Assembly: GCA_003554685.1 (NCBI GenBank)
Contig: PWHA01000123.1
Location: 1-35,882 of the forward strand
Direction: 5' to 3'
DNA from: Halanaerobiaceae bacterium
Lineage (GTDB): Bacteria; Bacillota; Halanaerobiia; Halanaerobiales; Halarsenatibacteraceae
Length of the DNA stretch: 35,882 bases
In this document: one piece after another, positions 8,798 to 16,616 of the stretch
Layout of the letters: each line of letters starts with the position of its first letter
Numbering within the stretch: position 1 is the stretch's first letter
Position numbers and translations under genes: made by a program
The notes under the pieces: generated by a model
Databases searched by the model: none
What the model was told of the DNA's origin: nothing
Seen by the model: only the letters and a program-made list of their open reading frames with translations

Positions 8798-8832
8798 TTA
8801 AAAAAAAGAAAAAAGACTTTTGCAAAAGTCTT
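8797..8832 (-). terminator. Rho-independent terminator (ends the aldehyde dehydrogenase transcript)
   Basis: Perfect 20-nt palindrome aagacttttgcaaaagtctt (8813-8832), followed on the minus strand by TTTTTTCTTTTTTTT. Confidence 0.6.
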
Positions 8833-8887
8833 CATGTTATTGATTAGCTATTCTTGTTCTGGCTCTATGCCTTTATATCATACATTC

Positions 8888-9039
8888 ATATGTTGACAAT
8901 TATATGTTGACAGTTCATTGACTTAGTTCATTGACTTAAATGCCATACATTTGCTTATTTATCCTATGCCATACATTTATTTATTAATGCTATACATTTA
9001 CTTATTAATGCTATGCCATACATTTACTTATTAACATCT
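8888..9039. repeat. series of short tandem duplications in the aldehyde dehydrogenase 3' region
   Basis: atatgttgaca x2 (8888-8898 and 8902-8912), gttcattgactta x2 (8913-8938), and 4 degenerate copies of atgccatacatttacttattaatgct (8940-9039). Confidence 0.85.
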
Positions 9040-9064
9040 ATTTTGACTAAAAATTTTTTTAAAA

Positions 9065-10465
9065 TTAAAACCAGCGAAATAGACGCTTTAGTAACTTCAA
9101 TTTGCCCTGATAGGGGGGATAGCGGAGTTTAATATCAAAGAGATCGGTTTTTTCAATTACAGTCTTGTGATGGCTGAAAAGGTTAAAGCCGGCCCGGCCG
9201 TGGTAGGCACCCATTCCGCTTTCTGCCTTGCCACCGAAGGGAAAGCGGGGAGTTGAAGCCTGGATAAGGGTGTCATTTATACAGCCGCTCCCGAAGGGAA
9301 TCTCCTGAATCAGCTGCTTTTTAAGCCGGCTGTCGCGGGTGAAAAGATAGAAAGACAGAGGGGTGGTGAAACTGTCAATTATTTCTCTGGCCCGGGAAAT
9401 ATCCTCATATTCCAGGACGGGTAGCAGGGGACCGAAAATTTCCTCCTGCATGAGGGCATCGGAGGGGGTTATGTCATCGATGATGGTCGGGGCTATGTAA
9501 AGGTTTTCCAGGTCCGTCTCGCCACCCAGGACAATCCGGCCTTTGGTGTTATCCAGATAGTTTTTAATCCTCTGGAAATGATTTTCATTAATTATCCGGG
9601 GATAGTCCGGGCTCTCTGCAGGATTGCTGCCGTAATATTTGGAGACTGCCTCCCGGGCTCTCTCCAGAAAGGCTTCTTTCTGCTGATGGTGAACCAGGAC
9701 ATAATCCGGCGCCACACAGGTCTGGCCGGCATTCAAAAGCTTTCCCCAGACGATCCTGCGGGCAGCCAGATCCAGTCTGGCCGTTTCATCCACCAGACAG
9801 GGACATTTGCCTCCCAGCTCCAGGCTGACAGGGATCAGGTTTTCGGCAGCTTTCTTCATTACAATCCTGCCCACCTGCTTGTTGCCGGTGAAGAAAATAA
9901 AGTCATACTGCTGCTCCAGGAGAAACTTGCCGGTTTCTTTAGCTCCTTGGACAGCTGCTACTAGTTCAGAGGGAAGATAATCGGAAACAATTTCTTCAAT
10001 TGCTAGGGAGGTGGCCGGAGAATGCTCGGAGGGCTTAAGGAGGACGCAGTTTCCAGCTGCCAGGGCGTCGACTAAAGGCAAGAGAGCCAGCTGCAGAGGG
10101 TAATTCCAGGGGGAAATGATGAGTACATTGCCATAGGGTTCGGTATGAACTGCACCTCGGGACCAGAAATGTAAAAATGATAATCTGCTTTTCCGGGGTT
10201 TCATCCATTTTTTGAGACGCTTTAAAACATAATTAATTTCCTGTTTGATTATTCCCAGTTCAGCGGCATAGGTTTCCACGGGATGCTTGCCCAGGTCGGT
10301 CTCGAGGGCTGAGAGAATGTCTTCTTCTCTCTCCTGGAGACCTAGTTTTAAGCGAAGGAGAAATTCTCTTCGCCGGGAGTGTTGTCTGGTCTCGCCCTGC
10401 TGAAAAAAATCCCGCTGCTGCTCAAGTAGGTTTTTGATTTTCTTCTCTTTTTCTTGATCTGGCAT
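9065..10465 (-). CDS. NAD(P)-dependent aldehyde dehydrogenase (ALDH3/YwdH-like)
   Basis: ALDH glutamate motif LELGGKCP and catalytic Cys motif NAGQTCVAPDY. The ~466-aa length fits class 3 ALDHs. The start is set at the ATG at 10465 (MPDQEKEKK), downstream of GGAGGG; the 43 extra N-terminal codons in the ORF track begin at a GTG and match nothing. Confidence 0.88.
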   Translation of the reverse strand: MPDQEKEKKIKNLLEQQRDFFQQGETRQHSRRREFLLRLKLGLQEREEDILSALETDLGKHPVETYAAELGIIKQEINYVLKRLKKWMKPRKSRLSFLHFWSRGAVHTEPYGNVLIISPWNYPLQLALLPLVDALAAGNCVLLKPSEHSPATSLAIEEIVSDYLPSELVAAVQGAKETGKFLLEQQYDFIFFTGNKQVGRIVMKKAAENLIPVSLELGGKCPCLVDETARLDLAARRIVWGKLLNAGQTCVAPDYVLVHHQQKEAFLERAREAVSKYYGSNPAESPDYPRIINENHFQRIKNYLDNTKGRIVLGGETDLENLYIAPTIIDDITPSDALMQEEIFGPLLPVLEYEDISRAREIIDSFTTPLSFYLFTRDSRLKKQLIQEIPFGSGCINDTLIQASTPRFPFGGKAESGMGAYHGRAGFNLFSHHKTVIEKTDLFDIKLRYPPYQGKLKLLKRLFRWF

Positions 10466-10671
10466 TATTTGATAACCCTCCTGGGCTTTCGCTGGTGGCA
10501 GGTAACTAGCTGGCGATAGTAAAGTGGTAAACTGTTGCCGAATGCCTGGATGAAGTCTGTCAGGAATTCGGAATTTGCAAGGACCCCTGGGCACCTTGGG
10601 TAGAATCCGATGAGCTCTTTGCCGGACATCCGGCAGTTCTGATTCGCTAAATCCAGGACTGGGTCTGCTGG

Positions 10672-12462
10672 CTATTCTTCTTCCGGAGAAATTGTTTTCA
10701 GGTTTAATTCCTTAAGCTGCTCCGGGCTTACTGTTCCAGGAGCTTTTGTCATCGGCGAGGTGGCCCGCTGGGTTTTGGGAAAGGCGATGACATCCCGGAC
10801 TGACTTTCTTCCGGTCAGGAGCATAATAATTCGATCCAGGCCGAAGGCTATTCCGCCGTGAGGCGGAGTGCCGTAGCTGAAGGCTTTGAGCAGAAAACCA
10901 AACTTCTCCTCGGCCTCCTCTTCTGACATGTTCAGCAAAGAAAAAATTTTGCTCTGCAGATCTCTGTTGTTGATTCTGATGCTTCCGCCGCCAATTTCTT
11001 CCCCGTTTAAAACCAGATCATAGGCGGCTGCCCTGGCCTCTGCCGGGTTTTCTTCCAGCAGCTCAATATCTTCGGGGAGGGGAGCGGTGAAGGGATGATG
11101 TTCGGCTTCAAAGCGTTCTTCCTCTTCGTTATAGGTAAAGAGGGGGAAATCTTCGACCCAGAGGAGATCAAAGCTATCCTCGGGAATTAAATCCAGTTTG
11201 TGACCCAGATCCAGGCGCAGCTGACCCAGTGAGGTTACTGCTGTTTTATAATCGGCCGCCACTATCAAAAGCAGATCACCTGCTGTTATTTCCAGTTCTT
11301 CTCTAAGCTGCTGAAATTCCTTTTCGCTGAGAAACTTAGCAATGGGAGAGTTGACTTCTTCGCCAGTAAAGGCCAGCCAGGCCAGGCCTTTGGCACCAAA
11401 CTCTTTGACCCTATCCTCCAGCTTATCTAGCTGACTCCTGCTGAATTCGGCTCCTCCCGGAACTCTGATACCTCTGACAGTGCCGCCATCAGCAATGGTG
11501 CCGCTGAAGACGCGGAATTCACTGTCAGCGAAAATCCCGGAAAGGTCATTAATTTCCAGGCCGAATCTGGTGTCGGGGCTGTCGGAACCGAATCGATCCA
11601 TGACTTCCCGGTAGCTCATACGGGGGACTTCCCAGGGCAGGGGAATTCCCTTCAGAGCAAAGATCTCTCTCATCAGCTCTTCCATTTCTCTTTGAAAGTT
11701 CTCCAGATCAATGAAGGAAATCTCGATGTCTATCTGGGTGAATTCAGGCTGGCGGTTGGCCCGGAGATCCTCATCCCGGAAACAGCGGGCGATCTGGAAA
11801 TATTTCTCGACTCCGGAGGCCATCAGGACCTGCTTGAAGAGCTGAGGGGACTGGGGCAGAGCATAGAATTTCCCCTGATGGAGCCGGCTGGGAACCAGGT
11901 AATCCCGAGCCCCCTCCGGAGTGCTGCGGGTCAGGATCGGGGTTTCTACTTCCCAGTAATCCCGCTGGCTGAGAAAACTCCGGATGGTCTGCATGGCCTG
12001 ATGCTTGGTTTTGACGATTTCCAGCATCTCGGGACGGCGGAGATCGAGATAGCGGTACTCCAGCCGCAGATCTTCTCCGGCATTAACATTATCCTCTATT
12101 AAAAAGGGCGGTGTTTCGGAAGGAGATATGAGTTCTATTTCCTCTCCCATTATTTCAATCTCTCCGGTGGCAATCTCCCGGTTAATATTTTCCTCAGGCC
12201 TCTTCCTGATTAATCCCCGGACAGCTATAACATCTTCCTGGCCCAGTTTTTCGGCCAGTTTCAGGGCTTCAGCTGAAATTTTCTCGGAGAAAACAAGCTG
12301 TACCAGGCCGGATCTGTCCCGGAGATCGACAAAGAGCAGGCCGCCGTGATCCCGGGTGCGCTGTACCCAGCCAGCTACTGCTGCCTCTTCGCCTATCATT
12401 TCTCTGTCAAGTTGACTGCAGATGTGGGTTCTCTTTAACTTCCTTTGATTTGACAAATTCAT
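10672..12462 (-). CDS. aspS: aspartate--tRNA ligase
   Basis: Class IIb motifs FRDEDLRANRQPEFTQID and GGIAFGLDR, plus an N-terminal OB-fold region. ATG start preceded by AAGGAGAG. Confidence 0.97.
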   Translation of the reverse strand: MNLSNQRKLKRTHICSQLDREMIGEEAAVAGWVQRTRDHGGLLFVDLRDRSGLVQLVFSEKISAEALKLAEKLGQEDVIAVRGLIRKRPEENINREIATGEIEIMGEEIELISPSETPPFLIEDNVNAGEDLRLEYRYLDLRRPEMLEIVKTKHQAMQTIRSFLSQRDYWEVETPILTRSTPEGARDYLVPSRLHQGKFYALPQSPQLFKQVLMASGVEKYFQIARCFRDEDLRANRQPEFTQIDIEISFIDLENFQREMEELMREIFALKGIPLPWEVPRMSYREVMDRFGSDSPDTRFGLEINDLSGIFADSEFRVFSGTIADGGTVRGIRVPGGAEFSRSQLDKLEDRVKEFGAKGLAWLAFTGEEVNSPIAKFLSEKEFQQLREELEITAGDLLLIVAADYKTAVTSLGQLRLDLGHKLDLIPEDSFDLLWVEDFPLFTYNEEEERFEAEHHPFTAPLPEDIELLEENPAEARAAAYDLVLNGEEIGGGSIRINNRDLQSKIFSLLNMSEEEAEEKFGFLLKAFSYGTPPHGGIAFGLDRIIMLLTGRKSVRDVIAFPKTQRATSPMTKAPGTVSPEQLKELNLKTISPEEE

Positions 12463-12804
12463 TATTGCACTCTCCTTATCATGCTCTTCAGGTTCAATAG
12501 TTTAGTTCTCCAGCATTGCTTATTTCCTGTCCCGGTTTTAGTCATTACTGATCAGATGCTGAAAAATGTTGCAGAACTCTGAGCTATTATCGGTTATTTA
12601 ATTTTGTTGAATTTAATATGTAGATGGTAAATATCAGTAAGCCATTCAAACTTTTTAAGAAGTATGTGTTAAATATCAAGACATCGTTCACGCTTTTTTA
12701 ATGGAGGGTAACTATTTTCTTCGGAGAAGCTTAAAAAACTGCCCTTAGGCCTTTAACTATCAGAGCATTGTTCTCATCATTTTAGTTAATCCTGAAAACT
12801 TAAT

Positions 12805-12877
12805 TTTAACAAAAAAACCTAAAATAATAACTGTACCGGGATGGTATAACTTTTAAAAAAGTGGTTCCCCGGTACAG
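12805..12877 (-). terminator. long hairpin plus T-rich tract (candidate terminator of the hisS transcript or of an RNA from the spacer)
   Basis: ctgtaccggg (12831-12840) pairs with cccggtacag (12868-12877). An inner actttt/aaaagt pairing is possible. The minus strand continues TTATTATTTTAGGTTTTTTTG. Confidence 0.4.
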
Positions 12878-13037
12878 AATGATGCTTGCACTATTACTGG
12901 CCTGATATCTTGATATCTGCTTTGTGCTCTGCCTGAAGCAGGTGATCCTGATATAAAAGGGTGGTCCTGAGTGAGATGGTAACAAAAATCAAGAAAAAAA
13001 TGATAAAATAATGGTAAAATAGTTTCTAATTAGTTTT

Positions 13038-13256
13038 ATGGCTATTAAGTCAGCTCAGGAATCCAATCAAAAGTAGGATACTATTTATTATGGGTTCTAT
13101 TAATATATTAATAGATTCATCGTGGCAGAACCTGTGATTAGGGCAATAACAGTATTCATCCATACTTTTTGATGTTTATATTTTATGCTATGATAGGCTG
13201 GAATAATAATTCACTTAACAATCAGAGAATATATGCTGAGCAGACTTAATAGCCAT
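13038..13256. mobile_element. MITE-like 219-bp unit with imperfect 21-bp terminal inverted repeats and 9-bp flanking direct repeats
   Basis: Left end atggctattaagtcAgctcag (13038-13058) matches the reverse complement of ctgagcAgacttaatagccat (13236-13256) at 20 of 21 positions. attagtttt occurs at 13029-13037 and again at 13258-13266. The interior has a perfect 20-bp palindrome, tctattaatatattaataga (13096-13115). There is no coding capacity. Confidence 0.3.
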
Positions 13257-13552
13257 GATTAGTTTTAATTAGTTTCTAAAGATAGCCGGCTTTTGCGCCC
13301 CGGCTTTGTTTAAAAATATACTTATATACTGAATTAACTGGAGTTATAGGCAAATGTATTGTTAAGATAAGAGTATTGTTATAAATAAAAGTATTGCAGT
13401 TATTAAGATAAAGAGATAGGATAAAGAGAAATCATCAGATCCAGCAGGGTGAACCGTGTCGAATTATAGTAGGATGCCTGTCGAAATTTGACATGACATC
13501 TATCGAAAATTGACAGGGTATCTTTGACATGACATCTGTTGAATATTGGCAA

Positions 13553-13572
13553 GGAACCCGGTACCGACCATT
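13553..13572. repeat. copy of the dispersed ggaacccggtaccgaccatt repeat, overlapping the hisS stop codon
   Basis: 20/20 identity to 30749-30768, and 25/28 when extended to 13580. It contains the 8-bp palindrome cggtaccg. Confidence 0.8.
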
Positions 13573-14833
13573 AAAGCCCAGGCTCAAACACTTTACTCAT
13601 ATACTCCAGTATACCATCCAAGGGAACTGCCTCTTCCTCCCCGCTTTTCATGTCGCGGAGGGTGGCCTCGCCGGCTTTAAGCTCTTCGCTGCCAATGATC
13701 AGACAGTAGCGACTGTTTTTGCGGTCGGCATCCTTCATCTGGCTTCCGACGCTGCGGCCGCCGTAGTCCCGATCGGCCGAGTAACCAGCCTTCCTCAGCC
13801 GGTGGAGGATATCCAGGGATTCTGCCTCGGCTTCCTCGCCGATGGTGGTGATGTAGACCTGGAGATCATCGCCAAATTCTCGGGCTTCCTCTTCCAGCAG
13901 AATCTCCAGCCTTTCCAGTCCCAGGGCAAAACCGGTGGCGGGAATGTCGCGGTCTCCGATCTCTTCCAGGAGACCGTTGTATCTGCCTCCGGAAAAGATA
14001 GCATCCTGGGCTCCCAGTTCATCGGATTTGACCTCGAAGACAGTGTTGGTGTAATAATCCAGTCCCCGGACCAGGGTGGGCACCTTTCTAAAGTCCAGGT
14101 TGAGTTTTTTCAGACCCTCTTTGACCTGGTTGAAGTTCTCCTGGCAGACCGGACAGAGATGCTCGGTTATCACCGGGGCCTCGCTAACGATCTCCTGACA
14201 TACCGGACTTTTGCAGTCCAGCACCCGGAGGGGGTTGGTTTTCAGTCTTTCCTGGCAGTTTTCACAGAGGTCCTCTTTCCCGGATAAATAGGCCTTAAGT
14301 TCTTCCAGATAGGGAGGCCGGCACTCAGAGCAGCCGATGCTGTTGATTTCTACATAATAATCCTTGAAACCAAATTCTTCGATGAAATCAATGCCCAGCA
14401 TGATTATCTCAACGTCAACATCGGGGGCATCGCTGCCGATGACCTCAACTCCGAACTGGTGAAACTGGCGGTAGCGGCCAGCCTGAGGTCTTTCGTAGCG
14501 GAACATGGGGCCAAAATAAAAAAATTTTTTAGGTAAAGCCTTGCCGTAGAGCTTATGTTCTAAGAAGGCCCGGACCACCGGGGCGGTGCCCTCAGGTCTC
14601 AGGGTGATGCTTCTGTCGCCCTTGTCGGTAAAGGTGTACATCTCTTTTTGAACTATGTCGGTAGCCTCGCCGATTCCCCGGGCAAAAAGTTCGGTATGTT
14701 CAAAAATCGGGGTCCTGATTTCCTGGTAATTGTAACGCCGGCAGATTTCATGGGCGCGTTCTTCAATATAATTCCATTTAAAAGAAGCGGGGGGCAAAAT
14801 GTCATTTGTCCCCCGCGGTGCTTTGATTGTCAT
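13571..14833 (-). CDS. hisS: histidine--tRNA ligase
   Basis: Class IIa HisRS motifs (RGTNDILP, MFRYERPQAGRYRQFHQ, GGGRYD-like GGRYNGL) and a C-terminal anticodon-binding domain. ATG start preceded by AGGTGA. Confidence 0.97.
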   Translation of the reverse strand: MTIKAPRGTNDILPPASFKWNYIEERAHEICRRYNYQEIRTPIFEHTELFARGIGEATDIVQKEMYTFTDKGDRSITLRPEGTAPVVRAFLEHKLYGKALPKKFFYFGPMFRYERPQAGRYRQFHQFGVEVIGSDAPDVDVEIIMLGIDFIEEFGFKDYYVEINSIGCSECRPPYLEELKAYLSGKEDLCENCQERLKTNPLRVLDCKSPVCQEIVSEAPVITEHLCPVCQENFNQVKEGLKKLNLDFRKVPTLVRGLDYYTNTVFEVKSDELGAQDAIFSGGRYNGLLEEIGDRDIPATGFALGLERLEILLEEEAREFGDDLQVYITTIGEEAEAESLDILHRLRKAGYSADRDYGGRSVGSQMKDADRKNSRYCLIIGSEELKAGEATLRDMKSGEEEAVPLDGILEYMSKVFEPGL

Positions 14834-14980
14834 AAATTTATCACCTATCCCGGTTCTTTCTGATATCTACTGTTAAAATTAAAACTGCCTGTCATTAAGG
14901 GCGTTTTAAGGGTGCTTTAAAGGTGCATTTGTTTAATTTAATTTATTGCATTTTCAGAAGGAATTGCAATAAAAGCTGCT

Positions 14981-16237
14981 TTATTCCAGAGGTTCGGTTT
15001 CCAAGGGATCTTCGTCCAGATCCTCTTCCAGCTCTTCTTCAGGATCCAGTTCTTCCAGCTCCTCGAGATCCTCTTCATCCAGCTCTTCACCCTCCGGCAA
15101 CGGAGCAATTCCTTCGGCACCAACCTCCTGGTACTGCTGCTGAATCTCAACAAACCTCTCCATCTCTTCAGCAGCCCGGTCCTCTGCTTCCAGCTGGCTG
15201 TAGGCCATATTAAGCTGATAGCGCGCCATTAGATTCCGGCCGGCATATTCTGAAGCCTGATCGTACTTCTCCAGGGCCAGTTCTTCTTCCTCAACCTGGC
15301 GGTAATGTTCTCCCAGTTGATAGGCAAGTTCCCAGTTTTCTGGATCCTCGTCCAGGGCTTCAATCAGGACCTCTTCAGCTTCAGCATATCTTTCTTCATT
15401 CTGATAGGTTTCGGCCAGGAAAATATAGAGAGCGGGATCACTGCTGTATTCCAGGGCGCTGTGAAACTGTTGTCGAGCTTCCTCATAACGGCCGTCTTCC
15501 ATATATTTCAGTCCCTGCAGACCAGGGTCCTTAATTTCTATCTCGGCAGAGGCTTTCTTATCAGCCAGCCAGTCGTCAAAGGCCTGCTGTTCCTTTTCTT
15601 CTCTCAGCCGAGCTTCAATCTCCTGGCGGGCTTCCTCGGCCTCCTCTTCATCCAGCTCTTCATCTTCATACTGTTCGTCAAATCTTTCCTCTATCTCCTC
15701 TTCCGAAACGCTAACATCTCCCTGAATGTCTTCCATGGTCTCTTCAACCATGGCCTGCTGTTCCAAAGAAAATCGTAGACTCTGACGCAGATCTTCCATG
15801 GTCATACCCTGCATTTCCATGATCTGTTCCAGTTCTTCCACCTCCATCTGATTCTGAACCAGAATCTCCTGAAGGAATTCTTCAATTTCAACTTCGGTAA
15901 CTTCCGGGCTGATTCCCCGCTCCCTGGCTTCCTGAATTAAAAGGTTTTCTTCAATCAGAGATTCCAGAATGCTGAGCCGGAAGGGCAGCATCTGAGAACG
16001 GGTGAAATTGGCGGTCTGCTGGCGATAGTTATCCAGAATATTGAGGTACTGCTGGCGAGGAATCTCCTCCCCGTTAACAACCACTATGGCATCCTGAATG
16101 TCGGTCGGGCCCTCCGGCTGACCACCGGTGTCGTCTCCAAAGAGAGCACCGTAACCCATGAAACCACCACTAATAACAAAGGCTATAACCACAATATAAA
16201 CTATTATTCTACTATAATTTCTGAGTTCATTAAACAT
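14981..16237 (-). CDS. membrane-anchored SurA_N-like chaperone domain / TPR-repeat protein with an extremely acidic C-terminal tail
   Basis: An N-terminal TM helix (IIVYIVVIAFVISGGF) is followed by VVNGEEIPRQQY... (SurA N-terminal-like). TPR-like repeats include YEEARQQFHSALEY and YAEAEEVLIEAL. The last ~40 aa are almost entirely E/D/L. ATG start preceded by GGGAGG. Confidence 0.85.
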   Translation of the reverse strand: MFNELRNYSRIIVYIVVIAFVISGGFMGYGALFGDDTGGQPEGPTDIQDAIVVVNGEEIPRQQYLNILDNYRQQTANFTRSQMLPFRLSILESLIEENLLIQEARERGISPEVTEVEIEEFLQEILVQNQMEVEELEQIMEMQGMTMEDLRQSLRFSLEQQAMVEETMEDIQGDVSVSEEEIEERFDEQYEDEELDEEEAEEARQEIEARLREEKEQQAFDDWLADKKASAEIEIKDPGLQGLKYMEDGRYEEARQQFHSALEYSSDPALYIFLAETYQNEERYAEAEEVLIEALDEDPENWELAYQLGEHYRQVEEEELALEKYDQASEYAGRNLMARYQLNMAYSQLEAEDRAAEEMERFVEIQQQYQEVGAEGIAPLPEGEELDEEDLEELEELDPEEELEEDLDEDPLETEPLE

Positions 16238-16448
16238 CCTTTAAATTAACCTCCCTTAGGCAGAAAATCTATACTCTTTTGTAACGGTACTAAAACTTTT
16301 GTGACGATATTAAAAATGATAAATGCTTGATCCATGACGGCAGACCCCGGTGTAGGATACAGTACAGGGTCCAGGACAGGGTTTTAGGGTAAAAGTGCAG
16401 CTTTAATTCCTGGGCAGGATCCAAAAAATATTTATATTTGGCATTTTC

Positions 16449-16477
16449 ATTTTACCTTAGAGCCCGGCAATTGTCAA
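16449..16477 (-). promoter_or_regulatory. sigma-A promoter for the SurA_N/TPR gene (and possibly hisS)
   Basis: The minus strand reads TTGACA (16477-16472), a 17-nt spacer, then TAAAAT (16454-16449). This implies a ~205-nt 5' UTR. Confidence 0.55.
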
Positions 16478-16616
16478 TTATATTCAGGTAATTATGGTGT
16501 CGGTTTGCCGGTCTGAAACAAACTTTTTTCCAGGGCAAACTTTTTGCTGCTGGCTTTTTTATTTTTTCTGATTTTAAACTTACAAATTTCAAACTTACAA
16601 AAAGCAATCCCGGTTG

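Noticed and set aside
8711-8896. 61-aa plus-strand ORF.
   Set aside because: It reads straight through tandem repeats and the bidirectional-looking terminator palindrome, and has no SD sequence. Every other gene is on the minus strand.
10466-10594. 43-codon N-terminal extension of the aldehyde dehydrogenase in the ORF track. There are similar upstream extensions of iscU, iscR, rarA, recJ, apt, secF, lepB, ruvB and ruvC.
   Set aside because: The extensions start at GTG/TTG/ATT codons and contain the SD sequence of a downstream ATG/GTG. That downstream start gives the canonical N-terminus of the family.
12953-12972. T-box-like string aaaagggtggtcctgag on the plus strand, and gcgggtggtag on the minus strand at 30807-30817.
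   Set aside because: Both lack the ACCGCG half of the T-box core, have no specifier-loop/stem I context, and the first is on the wrong strand for hisS/aspS. The first is also part of a local 19-nt tandem duplication (ggtgatcctga / ggtggtcctga).
13122-13133. A 12-mer gtggcagaacct shared between the hisS-aspS spacer and the queA-tgt spacer (30729-30740), which hinted at a larger shared element.
   Set aside because: Tens of shared 12-mers are expected by chance in 36 kb (about 6e8 position pairs against 4^12 possible sequences). The spacing to the 20-mer repeat also differs completely between the two loci (about 420 nt versus 9 nt).
12880-13460. An OLE-like or other large ornate ncRNA in the hisS-aspS spacer (size ~600 nt, extremophile-type Firmicute).
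   Set aside because: The region is extremely AT-rich, is dominated by local duplications and a MITE-like unit, shows no extended GC-supported helices beyond the 21-bp inverted ends, and lacks the usual OLE gene neighbourhood. It is kept only as an open question under the spacer finding.
13489-13537. Three plus-strand TTGACA hexamers that looked like antisense promoters facing into hisS.
   Set aside because: None has a -10 element at 16-18 nt spacing. They are copies within a local tandem duplication (ttgacatgacatct x2).
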